This document shows, piece after piece, positions 8,542 to 17,655 of a DNA stretch of 64,000 bases (its first letter is position 1; every line of letters starts with the position of its first letter). Position numbers and translations under genes: made by a program. The notes beneath the pieces were generated by a model. The model had not been told where the DNA came from, ran no database searches, and worked only from the letters and a program-made list of their open reading frames with translations. The stretch lies in IMG/VR virus record IMGVR_UViG_3300046005_000547, positions 62,001 through 126,000 of that record. One strand, 5' to 3'.

Positions 8542-9849
8542 ATGAAAGTACAAGAATTTTTCAATAATGAATTCATCCATTTCTCAATTTATGATTGTCA
8601 ACGTTCTATTCCATCAGTCATCGATGGATTTAAGATTTCACAGAGAAAATGTATATATGGATTGATTAAACGAGGTGAGAATGCAGGTGAAGCAAAAGTG
8701 GCACAACTATCTGGTTCCATTGCATCAGTTTCTAATTATCATCACGGAGAAGACAGCCTTAACACAACTCTGGTTGGCATGGCAAGAAACTATGCTGGAT
8801 CAAACAATCTTAATTACTTGATTCCATCTGGTCAATTTGGTAGTAGATTGGATAAAGAATCCGCTGCCCCAAGATATATCTTCACTGAATTTTCACCAGA
8901 CTTCAGGAAGATATTCAAGAAAGATGATGACATCATCTTAGAATATCTAATGGATGATGGTGAACAAATTGAACCAAAATTCTATGTTCCAATTTTACCA
9001 AATGTGTTAATCAACGGAGCAACGGGTGTTGGTACGGGATTTGCTTCAACTATCCTGAATTACAATCCAGAATATCTCAGAAAAAACATCTTATCGTTAT
9101 TGGATACCAAATTTACATCTGTTGAATTATTACCATGGTATAGAGGATTCAAAGGACAGATTGTAAAAGATGAATCAAAGTTCATTGTAACAGGATGTTA
9201 TGAAATCGTTGCTCCAAATAAGATTCATATAACAGAATTACCAATTGGTGTGTTCAATGACGGATATAAGAAAGTCTTGTTCAAATTACAGGATGACGGA
9301 TTCATCAAAGATTTCAAAAATACATCAACCGAAGAATCGTTCGATTTCCTTATTACAACAGTCAAACCGATTGACAAATTAACGCATGAAGAGATTGTAA
9401 AGAAATTCAAATTGGAAACCTCTCAATCACAGAATCTTACATTATGGGATGAAAATGGTAAGATTAAAGTATTTGAGAATGTCAATCAGATTGTCAAACA
9501 TTTTGTTGATTTCAGATTACAGAAATACGATGAACGACGTATCAAACAATTAGAATTATTGACCGCTGATTTGAATTGGTCTATTGAGAAACAACGATTC
9601 ATCCAATTCTATATTGAGAATTCTAAGATGTTCTCAAGTAAATCCAAGAAGGAATTGGAATCAATGTTGATGTTTGAAGGGTTCGAGTTTGTTGATAGAT
9701 TGATGGATATTCGTATCTACAATTTAACAAAGGATGATATTGACAAATTGAATACAAGTATCGATAAATTGAATAAGGAAATCGCAGGATTGAATAAGAT
9801 GACTGCTGTTAAGATGTATATTAAAGAATTAGAGGAATTGAAACTTTAA
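8542..9849 (+). CDS. Type II DNA topoisomerase medium subunit (gp52, GyrA/ParC-like)
   Basis: RSIPSVIDGFKISQRK, YHHGEDS, GQFGSR, catalytic AAPRY, ITELP. Confidence 0.92.
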   Translation: MKVQEFFNNEFIHFSIYDCQRSIPSVIDGFKISQRKCIYGLIKRGENAGEAKVAQLSGSIASVSNYHHGEDSLNTTLVGMARNYAGSNNLNYLIPSGQFGSRLDKESAAPRYIFTEFSPDFRKIFKKDDDIILEYLMDDGEQIEPKFYVPILPNVLINGATGVGTGFASTILNYNPEYLRKNILSLLDTKFTSVELLPWYRGFKGQIVKDESKFIVTGCYEIVAPNKIHITELPIGVFNDGYKKVLFKLQDDGFIKDFKNTSTEESFDFLITTVKPIDKLTHEEIVKKFKLETSQSQNLTLWDENGKIKVFENVNQIVKHFVDFRLQKYDERRIKQLELLTADLNWSIEKQRFIQFYIENSKMFSSKSKKELESMLMFEGFEFVDRLMDIRIYNLTKDDIDKLNTSIDKLNKEIAGLNKMTAVKMYIKELEELKL

Positions 9850-10013
9850 TGGACAATCGTAATTATTTGTATAAGACAATAGAAGAATGTCAAGAAATTA
9901 GGAGTGATGCTATTGAATATCATAAGTTGAAGAAAGGAATCTTCAGAGGATATTGGAAATGTTATTATTGTTACAATACTATACATGAAGATAGGTTCAA
10001 CGGTTTTATATAA
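9849..10013 (+). CDS. Small hypothetical protein (54 aa, contains CxxC)
   Basis: Read from the sequence; start overlaps the gp52 stop (taatg). Confidence 0.45.
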   Translation: MDNRNYLYKTIEECQEIRSDAIEYHKLKKGIFRGYWKCYYCYNTIHEDRFNGFI

Positions 10014-10016
10014 ATA
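10009..10016 (+). promoter_or_regulatory. T4-type late promoter TATAAATA
   Basis: Exact consensus upstream of an IP-like gene; gp55 and gp33 are present in the window. Confidence 0.6.
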
Positions 10017-10143
10017 AAATTAGAAAGGTCTATCGACGTAATGAGAAATCGTTATAATAGATCTTAGATAAACTACTAAATAAGATTGAATCTTATTTAA
10101 AATCATTTCGTCTTAATTGACGCACAACAAAAGGAAACAAAAC

Positions 10144-10471
10144 ATGAGTACATTTAAAGAATTCCAAGCATTGGTTATGGAAGAATTCTCATCAGTTAAT
10201 GAAGCATTAGAAAACGGTAAATGGAAAGCAGGTAAATGGGTCGAAGATTTATCTATGATAGATAATTCTAAACGTAAAAAAAATTGAAGTTGAAAAAGAA
10301 AAATACACCATCCATATCAAATTGGATAATGGCGAAATCACAAAACAAAAGGTTACAATTCCGTTCGGGACTTCTGTTGCAGATAAAGCGAATTCTATTT
10401 TCCAAACAATTAAACACAATGCCGAAACATGGGGTGCCCCTGCTCCAGTAGAAATTTTAAAAATTGTTTAA
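10144..10471 (+). CDS. Internal head protein-like (leader family, member 3); frameshift in an A8 run at 10276-10283
   Basis: MSTFKEFQALVMEEFSSVNEALE...; removing one A gives a continuous ORF ending ...PVEILKIV; followed by a terminator. Confidence 0.55.
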
Positions 10472-10495
10472 TAAAAACAATCGTATTGTTTTAGA

Positions 10496-10870
10496 ATCCC
10501 ATCCGCTGAAAAGTTGATGGGATTTTTATTGCGTAAAATATACATTCTAAATGATTCTTAAAACATCCATTATTTGTCCGTTAATCCATCTTAATGATAT
10601 ATGTCAATCAACTCTACAGGACTATTTGAATCCATCTTAAAACAACAAATAATTGGACAGGATTTAATGTTAACATCGAATCAATAAATTCACTGTATCG
10701 AGAACATCTTAAAGATTCATTATCGCTATTCTAGACATCGAGTTTGTAAATATCAACATAATAATACTTCTTGACTTTTCCAGCAAATTCCATTATAGTA
10801 GACTATGTCGACGTTTCAGTTAGTGTATATTACTACTTGATTATTCTTTTATATTACTACAAGATTCTTT
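10496..10870 (+). repeat. Dispersed ~470-bp family unit 1 (terminator, conserved boxes, promoter, start motif)
   Basis: catccattatttgtcc, caatcaactctacagg, aatccatcttaaa, TTGACT-N17-TATAGT, agactatgtcgacgtttcagtta and tatattactacaaga are shared with the 41.9-44.1 kb array. Confidence 0.9.
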
Positions 10871-10941
10871 TCGATTTATCTTTCTTTTTATAATTTTTAA
10901 CATATAATTTTAATCTTTAAACAAACAATGAGGGATTTACA

Positions 10942-11583
10942 ATGACATTATCGGCAGGAACACTTAGAGCAAGACTTGAATACAAACCAGAAGCTGGAGT
11001 ATTTGTTGGTAGATTAGATAGAGCCCGTAAGGGTACATTTGACAAGAAAGGATATATGGTAATCAATATTGATGGTAAGAAATATCTAGGTCATCGATTG
11101 GCATATCTTTACATGAATGGTAAATTTCCTGAACATGAAGTGAGTTTCAAAGATAAGAATACATCAAATTGTAAATGGGATAATCTAATTGAAGTTAATC
11201 CAACACAAAGAGCTTTATTATCTAAATCTGATACAAGTTCAAAATCTGGAGTAAAGGGATTGAATTTAGATAAACGAGGGTTCTACGTGGCAAGAGTGAC
11301 TCTTGATAAGAAACCCATTCAGAAATCATTCAAGTTGGACCAAAAAGATGAAGCTGTTAAATGGTTGGAATCAATCAGAGAATCTATTGGCGTCAATAAA
11401 GTGAAATCTAAAACCAACACTGGCGGGTATTATTATGACGTCAATCATAAATGGTTGAAAGATAAAGACAAACCAGTTATATTAAAGTTGACTCCAGTGG
11501 TTAAACAAGAACAACCGAAAGTTATAACAAAATTTGAATACGGACTTTCATTGTTATCTAATCTAGTGGAACAGTATTCGTAA
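10942..11583 (+). CDS. HNH_3-AP2 homing-endonuclease-derived protein with degenerate catalytic residues
   Basis: GYMVINIDGKKYLGHRLAYLYMNGKFP is the typical HNH_3 lead-in, but the usual IDH..DN reads VSF..NC; SKSGVKG...YVARV...EAVKW is AP2-like. Confidence 0.75.
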   Translation: MTLSAGTLRARLEYKPEAGVFVGRLDRARKGTFDKKGYMVINIDGKKYLGHRLAYLYMNGKFPEHEVSFKDKNTSNCKWDNLIEVNPTQRALLSKSDTSSKSGVKGLNLDKRGFYVARVTLDKKPIQKSFKLDQKDEAVKWLESIRESIGVNKVKSKTNTGGYYYDVNHKWLKDKDKPVILKLTPVVKQEQPKVITKFEYGLSLLSNLVEQYS

Positions 11584-11591
11584 TCTAAAGA

Positions 11592-11995
11592 ATCCCAGAC
11601 GTCTTAATTGACTCTGGGATTTTTATTGGATAAAATTTACATAATTGGTTTGTTGAACTGATACAGGAACATCCATTATTTGTCCAATAATCCATCCTAG
11701 TGGAATCTTTGTATAATACGTCAATCAACTCTACAGGATACATTGAATCCATCTTAAATCAACAATATGGGCGTTTTAAATTGAACATAATCGTCGAAAC
11801 TGTAAATTCAACATATCGAAAGAGACATCGAGTATTCTTAAGATGAAATAATGTATCGAGTCTGTAAATTACAATCATCGAGAAACTCCTTTCGAAATCG
11901 ATAAAAAGACAGTATACTAGACTATGTCGACGGTTTGAGTTAGTTCTATAGATTCAATTAAGTTTTCTTTTATATTACTTCAAGACTCTTTACAT
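11592..11995 (+). repeat. Dispersed ~470-bp family unit 2
   Basis: Terminator at 11592-11624, the same boxes, TTTCGA-N17-TATACT, agactatgtcgacggtttgagtta; abuts the gp17 stop. Confidence 0.9.
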
Positions 11996-12001
11996 AATAT
12001 A

Positions 12002-13981
12002 TTAGAAATGATATACTTCCACTTTATCTTCATCCAAACCGTCATTAATATATCCTACAGGTAACATTTGTTGGTCGATATAATCCATCTGTTGATTATA
12101 CAATTCCTTTCTAATGTCGACATCTCCCATATCCTTGATAAACGACGTTGAACATAACCAAGCAAATATAACACAACACATCACTAGATCGTCATGATTA
12201 GGTGGATCCGCAGAGTAACTACCTTGTCTTTCGATAAACACAGAAAACTCCTGTATAATATCAGGATCGAATATCAACAACTTAGATTCCTCAATCAACG
12301 ACTTCAATGTCATACATCCAATTCGTTTAATCTTCTTATCCATATTCAATCCCACTTCCATTGTTCCTGAAAATGATTCACATGGTATCTGTCCCTTTGG
12401 TGTCTTCTTAATGGAAATCAAATTCTCGTATTCCAAATCATCCTGAAGTATCTGTGCCACCTCCTTCGAACAATTTATCTCCACCAAAATGAATGCCTCG
12501 TTATACTCCATACCTATTTTATACAGGATATTTGGATATAACATAGGGCTAATCTTATTATCTCTATACTTACCTACAATCTTATACGGGAAATTCGTCA
12601 CATCGAAAATAACGGCTGATGAATAATCCCCACCAACACCCTTCGATGTATCCGCCGATATAATATACTGATGCCCTTCAATAGGTGCTTCCTGTATATC
12701 TAATCCATCTCTTGAATAAATGTATGGAATCGGTGACATCGATGAAATAGATGATGAATTTATAAGTGTGGCAGATGAACCTAAGAATTCACATAACACC
12801 TCTTGATTGAATTTAATCTCACCTAATATCTTTAACTGTTCATCTGCCCAAGTTGGATCTCGTTCTGGATGTTCGCTCCAATGTACAGTGAATGGTACAA
12901 ATCCGTTAGTTCCTTGTTGAGCATCATTCCAATATTTCCAAAAATGATTGTATCCTAACGGAGTTGACGTCAATACAACTTTTGTTTCTTTACCAGAGGA
13001 AATAGTAGGATACACAGAAGCGAAGAATGCGTCGGCGACGGCATTAGGAATAATTGCCGCTTCGTCCACGTATAAGAAATTACAATTATGTGAAATTACT
13101 CCATTAGAATAATAACAATGGACATCTTCAACAGTGTCTATATCGTAAACAGTTTCTGGTGTAATCTCAACAATAGATGAAATGATTTTATCCGATAGAA
13201 TATCATTTACATTTAAATCTTCGCATCTAATCCATTCTCCATTTATTTTAAATCTATGATCCAGTGTTGAATTGATATGAATGTCATCTGTAAATTTTAA
13301 TTGTAATAATCGTTCCGGCGTTCCTTGATTCAAAACTCCTTTAAAAGATTTGAAACCATAAGGAGTTTTGATTTTGAACGATTCTTTATATGAATTGTAT
13401 AATTCCTCTATAGAAATATCAAAAACATAATCCCCGTCCAAAATGGTAACAATGGTTTCTCCTGTTACACAAGACTTACCCCTGATTCCAGATGCAGAAG
13501 TTGCGGCAGTGAATATCTTAGAACCATTTTCTAAATGCATATCACCTTTGTTCAAGGATAGTACACCGTGTTGTAACCATTTCGGTAAAGATTCATACAT
13601 TAATTGTATACGACTTAGTACCTCTCTAGCAGCCGCGGCTTTATTTGCTAAAATGGCGGTAGTCTTATGGTTATTGAATAATGTGTAATGTAATATGTAT
13701 GCTGAAGTTACCGTAGTTTTTCCGAGCTGGCGCCCAATTAATGCTAAAACCTTGCGTTCACTGTGGAGTAAGCGAACATAATCCTTTTGAAACGGATACA
13801 TTTCAAAATTCACTAATCCCCTATCCAATGAAACAACTTTACAGTATGTAACAATAAAATAACAAGGATCTTGTTTGCATTTAATGTATTCTTCTATTTG
13901 TTCTTGAGTGAAATCAACTTTATATCCAGTTGGTTTTAAATTTTCATTACCATTATAACCAAGTAATTTATTATCTGCCAT
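12002..13981 (-). CDS. Terminase large subunit (gp17) with mini-intein
   Basis: YNGNENLK, EYIKCKQDP, Walker A GRQLGKTT, RGKS|CNFLYVDE Walker B, STPLG, FNQEVLCEFLGS, HDDLVM nuclease motif. Confidence 0.95.
   Translation of the reverse strand: MADNKLLGYNGNENLKPTGYKVDFTQEQIEEYIKCKQDPCYFIVTYCKVVSLDRGLVNFEMYPFQKDYVRLLHSERKVLALIGRQLGKTTVTSAYILHYTLFNNHKTTAILANKAAAAREVLSRIQLMYESLPKWLQHGVLSLNKGDMHLENGSKIFTAATSASGIRGKSCVTGETIVTILDGDYVFDISIEELYNSYKESFKIKTPYGFKSFKGVLNQGTPERLLQLKFTDDIHINSTLDHRFKINGEWIRCEDLNVNDILSDKIISSIVEITPETVYDIDTVEDVHCYYSNGVISHNCNFLYVDEAAIIPNAVADAFFASVYPTISSGKETKVVLTSTPLGYNHFWKYWNDAQQGTNGFVPFTVHWSEHPERDPTWADEQLKILGEIKFNQEVLCEFLGSSATLINSSSISSMSPIPYIYSRDGLDIQEAPIEGHQYIISADTSKGVGGDYSSAVIFDVTNFPYKIVGKYRDNKISPMLYPNILYKIGMEYNEAFILVEINCSKEVAQILQDDLEYENLISIKKTPKGQIPCESFSGTMEVGLNMDKKIKRIGCMTLKSLIEESKLLIFDPDIIQEFSVFIERQGSYSADPPNHDDLVMCCVIFAWLCSTSFIKDMGDVDIRKELYNQQMDYIDQQMLPVGYINDGLDEDKVEVYHF
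13085..13471 (-). mobile_element. Mini-intein (129 aa) in terminase, just before Walker B
   Basis: Begins CVTGET, block B STLDH, block F VYDI, ends ISHN followed by Cys. Confidence 0.9.
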
Positions 13982-13983
13982 GT

Positions 13984-15132
13984 TTAATTCCTTTTAAACA
14001 TAATATCGAATGAAGTATAAACATGTTCTGGATTTTCTACATATCCATTAACATCTTCCATGAGTGTGTCCAAATCAATGTCATTTAAAACTTCTGTCCA
14101 ACCAAATTCACCATAATCGTCTTTTTTAATGTAATTCTTATACTTACGTTTTAATAACTGTTCGGTTTGGAATGCATGATTTATATTTTCCATCTTCTGA
14201 AACATAATTGTATTGCATGTATTCAATAAATGTAATGGATATCTATGATGTAATTTTGTTTTAAATGTAATACCAATTTTAATTTTATCGTCAAATTGTA
14301 TAACATAAAAATATCCATCTTCGGTTAATTCTTTACTCCATAACGATCTAAAATTGACTTTGGATGTTTTTATTTTAGATCTAGATTGATATAATTCATT
14401 TGCTAATTCAACATCACCATTAGTTTTATTAAGAGCCCAATCAAATGAAGATGAATCTTTTTTTCTATTAGATTCATCAATAAGATCTTGTGTTCTAGCA
14501 TTCAGAGTATTTTGCCAATTTATTTGTCTTTGTTCCCAAAATGCTTTACCTTCAATTTCTCCATATTTAGAAATACATTTTTCTAATGTAAACTTGCATG
14601 TGGTGCTAATTATTTCTAACGCTTCCTCTTCGGAACGACCTCTACTCGTGTGATACTCAATGGTGTTGAATATGTTATTATTTTCACGTTTTGTGTCACT
14701 AGCAGTTTTAAACAATTCCTGTATATGATTTTCTACATAGTCGTCAGGTAATTCTTCATATTTGATAAACTTCTTAGAATAAGGTGATAATCGACCACCG
14801 TGTTGATATGCTGGGTTCTTATCACCTTTAATTCTGTTGCATTTAGATACGCAAACTATAGGTCCATATTTCTCTCTGTATTCTAATTGAGATAATCCGT
14901 GGGTCTTAGGATGTTCTGCTAGATCTCTGGTTCTGAATCCACAGACCCCGCATTCAACATATTCGTCCTTGTCCATATCGTCTGGAAATTTAATTCTACT
15001 ACGTTCAATTGTAGTTTTCCATCTAGCATTAAATGCTGATATTTTTTTACATTTATCGGAACATAATGTGTTCAATCTATTATTGGGAATGAATGGAGTT
15101 TCGCAAACCTTACATGTAATTTCTTTAAACAT
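13984..15132 (-). CDS. Putative free-standing homing endonuclease (Zn-finger N-terminus, helical repeat module, GIY-YIG/T5orf172-like C-terminus)
   Basis: CKVC...C, ECGVCG; RGRSEEEA...TLEKCISKYGEIEG; GYFYVIQ...KIGIT...AFQTEQLL. Confidence 0.65.
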   Translation of the reverse strand: MFKEITCKVCETPFIPNNRLNTLCSDKCKKISAFNARWKTTIERSRIKFPDDMDKDEYVECGVCGFRTRDLAEHPKTHGLSQLEYREKYGPIVCVSKCNRIKGDKNPAYQHGGRLSPYSKKFIKYEELPDDYVENHIQELFKTASDTKRENNNIFNTIEYHTSRGRSEEEALEIISTTCKFTLEKCISKYGEIEGKAFWEQRQINWQNTLNARTQDLIDESNRKKDSSSFDWALNKTNGDVELANELYQSRSKIKTSKVNFRSLWSKELTEDGYFYVIQFDDKIKIGITFKTKLHHRYPLHLLNTCNTIMFQKMENINHAFQTEQLLKRKYKNYIKKDDYGEFGWTEVLNDIDLDTLMEDVNGYVENPEHVYTSFDIMFKRN

Positions 15133-15208
15133 AAATTCAAATTATCTTTTATTGTTAATGATGAAATTACATATAATAAATTTACTGTCACCCTTGAATA
15201 CCTATAAT

Positions 15209-15613
15209 TCACTTACCATCAACATAAGTTTTATATTCATCAACAAGAAAAGCGATAGCTTCTTTACCTTTAACAGATTTAAAGAAGATGGGAATATGAG
15301 AAGCAATAACAGGATCCGATAACCATTTCATTTGGTCAGGCGTTAGAACAGAAGCAGCAAAGTCATTTATTTGTTTTTCAAGTTCAGACATTGGTGGAGC
15401 AACGGGAGTTTGTTCTTGTGGTTTGACTTGAGTATTTAATAATTTTTGGATTTCATCTTGGACAGTTTTCTGGATGATTTCTTGATAATTTACAGGAGGT
15501 TGTTGAGGTGGATAATTGCCGTAGGGTGGTTGTAATGGCATTGATTGATGTTGTTTTAGAATATCCAATTGTTGTTGTAAAGAATCCAAATTTAACGTAG
15601 GCGGATTGTACAT
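15209..15613 (-). CDS. Pro/Gln-rich hypothetical protein
   Basis: 134-aa ORF; agga RBS. Confidence 0.65.
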   Translation of the reverse strand: MYNPPTLNLDSLQQQLDILKQHQSMPLQPPYGNYPPQQPPVNYQEIIQKTVQDEIQKLLNTQVKPQEQTPVAPPMSELEKQINDFAASVLTPDQMKWLSDPVIASHIPIFFKSVKGKEAIAFLVDEYKTYVDGK

Positions 15614-15761
15614 AATATAATGTCCTGTATGAAATAAAATTATTTACATGAAAATTTAGGCATTAAAAAAAGGAACTACTAGAGTCCCTTTGGTAACGAC
15701 ATTAAACCGTATCTGGATTTCGATACAATTGATTCATTGTCTTGAGAAATAAATGGGTCAA

Positions 15762-16661
15762 TTAAACAGCGACTTGACCTAATGAGTTTCCCGTCATTCT
15801 TCCAGTGTTGACAACAGTTTGCGTCTGTGTTTGGATATGAGCTAAAGCAGCAGCTAATCCACTTGAGATATTGGCAATTTGTTGTTGTTGAGATTGTTGA
15901 GCAAGAGCATTTGCTACGGCAGTTGCATTGTTATTATTGTTGATAATAATATCATGAGATGCTCTATCATGTCTACGATCGTTTAACGCTTCCGCTAATT
16001 TGTTTTCTGCAACAACGATCTGACGATTCAAATCTGCTGTGTTGATGTTAGAAATCATATCGCGGGTTCTATCACCGTCGGTTGTAATCGCTTGTAATGT
16101 TCTGTAAGCAGATTCTAATCCAGTAACTTCAGCACGATGAGTTGCATTCAAGTTGGCAACGTTCATTGCATTTAATGAATCACCTAACTGATGAATACCA
16201 GAATTGATATCAGAAGCCAATGCATTCATGTTGGTATTAATACCAGCAGCCAAAGATGCTTGACCGTTCATGATATTGGTGTGACCTGCTGCATTATTGA
16301 TTGTTGAATCCATAATGTTTTTAGTCAATACCGTTTGACCTTGAAGTGTAGCTACAGTTTGACCCAAATTCGCTGAAGCAACAGCAGCTTGCGTTTGTCC
16401 TGCGGCTTGAGAGACATCTCTAGAAGTGCGATTTACATCTTGAGTTAGAATCTGAGTGGCAGACGCTAATTGTTGTTGATTCATTGCTTGTAAAACATCA
16501 GCGTTGCGATTGATACCAACAGCTTCGGCTCCGAGTGCACCTGCTCCAGTTAATCTTGGTAACAAAGAACCTAAAAGAACAGCACCTAAAGTACCACCGC
16601 CGAACATTCCGTCGTTAGAACCAGTTTGGATGGGTAAGATTGTAGAAGCAACATCAGCCAT
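15762..16661 (-). CDS. Ala/Gln/Asn-rich late protein of unknown function
   Basis: 299-aa ORF; aggag RBS; late promoter TATAAATA at 16740-16747 on the - strand. Confidence 0.75.
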   Translation of the reverse strand: MADVASTILPIQTGSNDGMFGGGTLGAVLLGSLLPRLTGAGALGAEAVGINRNADVLQAMNQQQLASATQILTQDVNRTSRDVSQAAGQTQAAVASANLGQTVATLQGQTVLTKNIMDSTINNAAGHTNIMNGQASLAAGINTNMNALASDINSGIHQLGDSLNAMNVANLNATHRAEVTGLESAYRTLQAITTDGDRTRDMISNINTADLNRQIVVAENKLAEALNDRRHDRASHDIIINNNNNATAVANALAQQSQQQQIANISSGLAAALAHIQTQTQTVVNTGRMTGNSLGQVAV

Positions 16662-16739
16662 TTTTATTCTCCTAGAAGGATTAAAATGAGTTCCATATGA
16701 AATAGAACTCGAAGATTTGTAGATTTTACTCTACATTAT

Positions 16740-16747
16740 TATTTATA
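16740..16747 (-). promoter_or_regulatory. T4-type late promoter TATAAATA
   Basis: Exact consensus on the - strand, ~80 nt upstream of ATG 16661. Confidence 0.65.
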
Positions 16748-16759
16748 AAAATGTGTTCT

Positions 16760-17569
16760 TTAAACAGATTCTGGACAATATAGATATTGAATCAATACCT
16801 TTTTATTATCCCATTCGCCGTCGATATCCGATAAGATGAATGTTTTACCTTCTTCATCAGATTTATCAAGTTCAACTTCTGCGTCTTCTACAATCATTTC
16901 ACCTTCAACAATTTCAATACAACGAACCAATCCATAATTCAAGATACCATCTTCGCCATTGATTGGAGCATATGTCAATTTAATTTTATCATCCGAAACC
17001 AACACTCGTTCTTTCTTTGGTTTAGAACCACCTTTCGTGGCAACTAAATCTGAATATTCTTTCATGGTTTTTTCTAATTCAGAATCTGATTTAATTTTAG
17101 ATGTATTTGATTCTTCCAACAAATTCATCAATTCATTATAAGATTCAATTCGTTCGGATTTTTCTAACGAGATACCAGATGTAGCTGCAGTGGATAACGA
17201 TACAATCGTACCATTCAAATTAGAATCATTCTTTTTGAAATCCTCCAAAATCTTAGTGAGTGCTTCCAATGCCAATGGATCCGAATTAGACAGAATACTA
17301 TTAATTTGAGTTTGTAACGCAGAATCACCCGCAACCCTTTCCAATTTCTCCGACGCATCCGCATTTGTTCTTGCTTCAATTTCATCTGAAATGGTAGTTA
17401 AAATTTCATCTTCAACATTGATTGCTCTAGTTGATTCCTCTACAATATTCTTTGATAATTGAATATCTGAATCAGAACGTAAATTAGATTCTTCATGGAT
17501 GATTGATTTAACTTCATCGAATTTAGAATGTAATTTGTGAATGTTATTTGCATGATACTTGATTTTCAT
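16760..17569 (-). CDS. Coiled-coil virion/fibre-like protein
   Basis: E..RA/R..AD..L heptad-like repeats (EIEARTNAD, RVAGDSALQTQI) resembling phage fibre proteins; follows gp15. Confidence 0.5.
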   Translation of the reverse strand: MKIKYHANNIHKLHSKFDEVKSIIHEESNLRSDSDIQLSKNIVEESTRAINVEDEILTTISDEIEARTNADASEKLERVAGDSALQTQINSILSNSDPLALEALTKILEDFKKNDSNLNGTIVSLSTAATSGISLEKSERIESYNELMNLLEESNTSKIKSDSELEKTMKEYSDLVATKGGSKPKKERVLVSDDKIKLTYAPINGEDGILNYGLVRCIEIVEGEMIVEDAEVELDKSDEEGKTFILSDIDGEWDNKKVLIQYLYCPESV

Positions 17570-17655
17570 TTGTTTCTCCGCATGAATGGCGTTAGAAATT
17601 GTACAGGTTCTAACTTCCTGACATATTGTGACAGTTTAAACCTTTCATGTATTTG

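Noticed and set aside
10276-10283. Programmed frameshifting or phase variation at the A8 run, and similar breaks near 2700, 49415, 52145 and 60197
   Set aside because: Five unrelated genes each have a single-base indel, mostly in short homopolymers. Sequencing error is the simpler explanation, although the core genes show no such breaks; read-level checks are needed
17570-17655. Riboswitch upstream of ORF 16760-17569
   Set aside because: Only one modest hairpin (gttagaa...ttctaac); no recognisable riboswitch consensus
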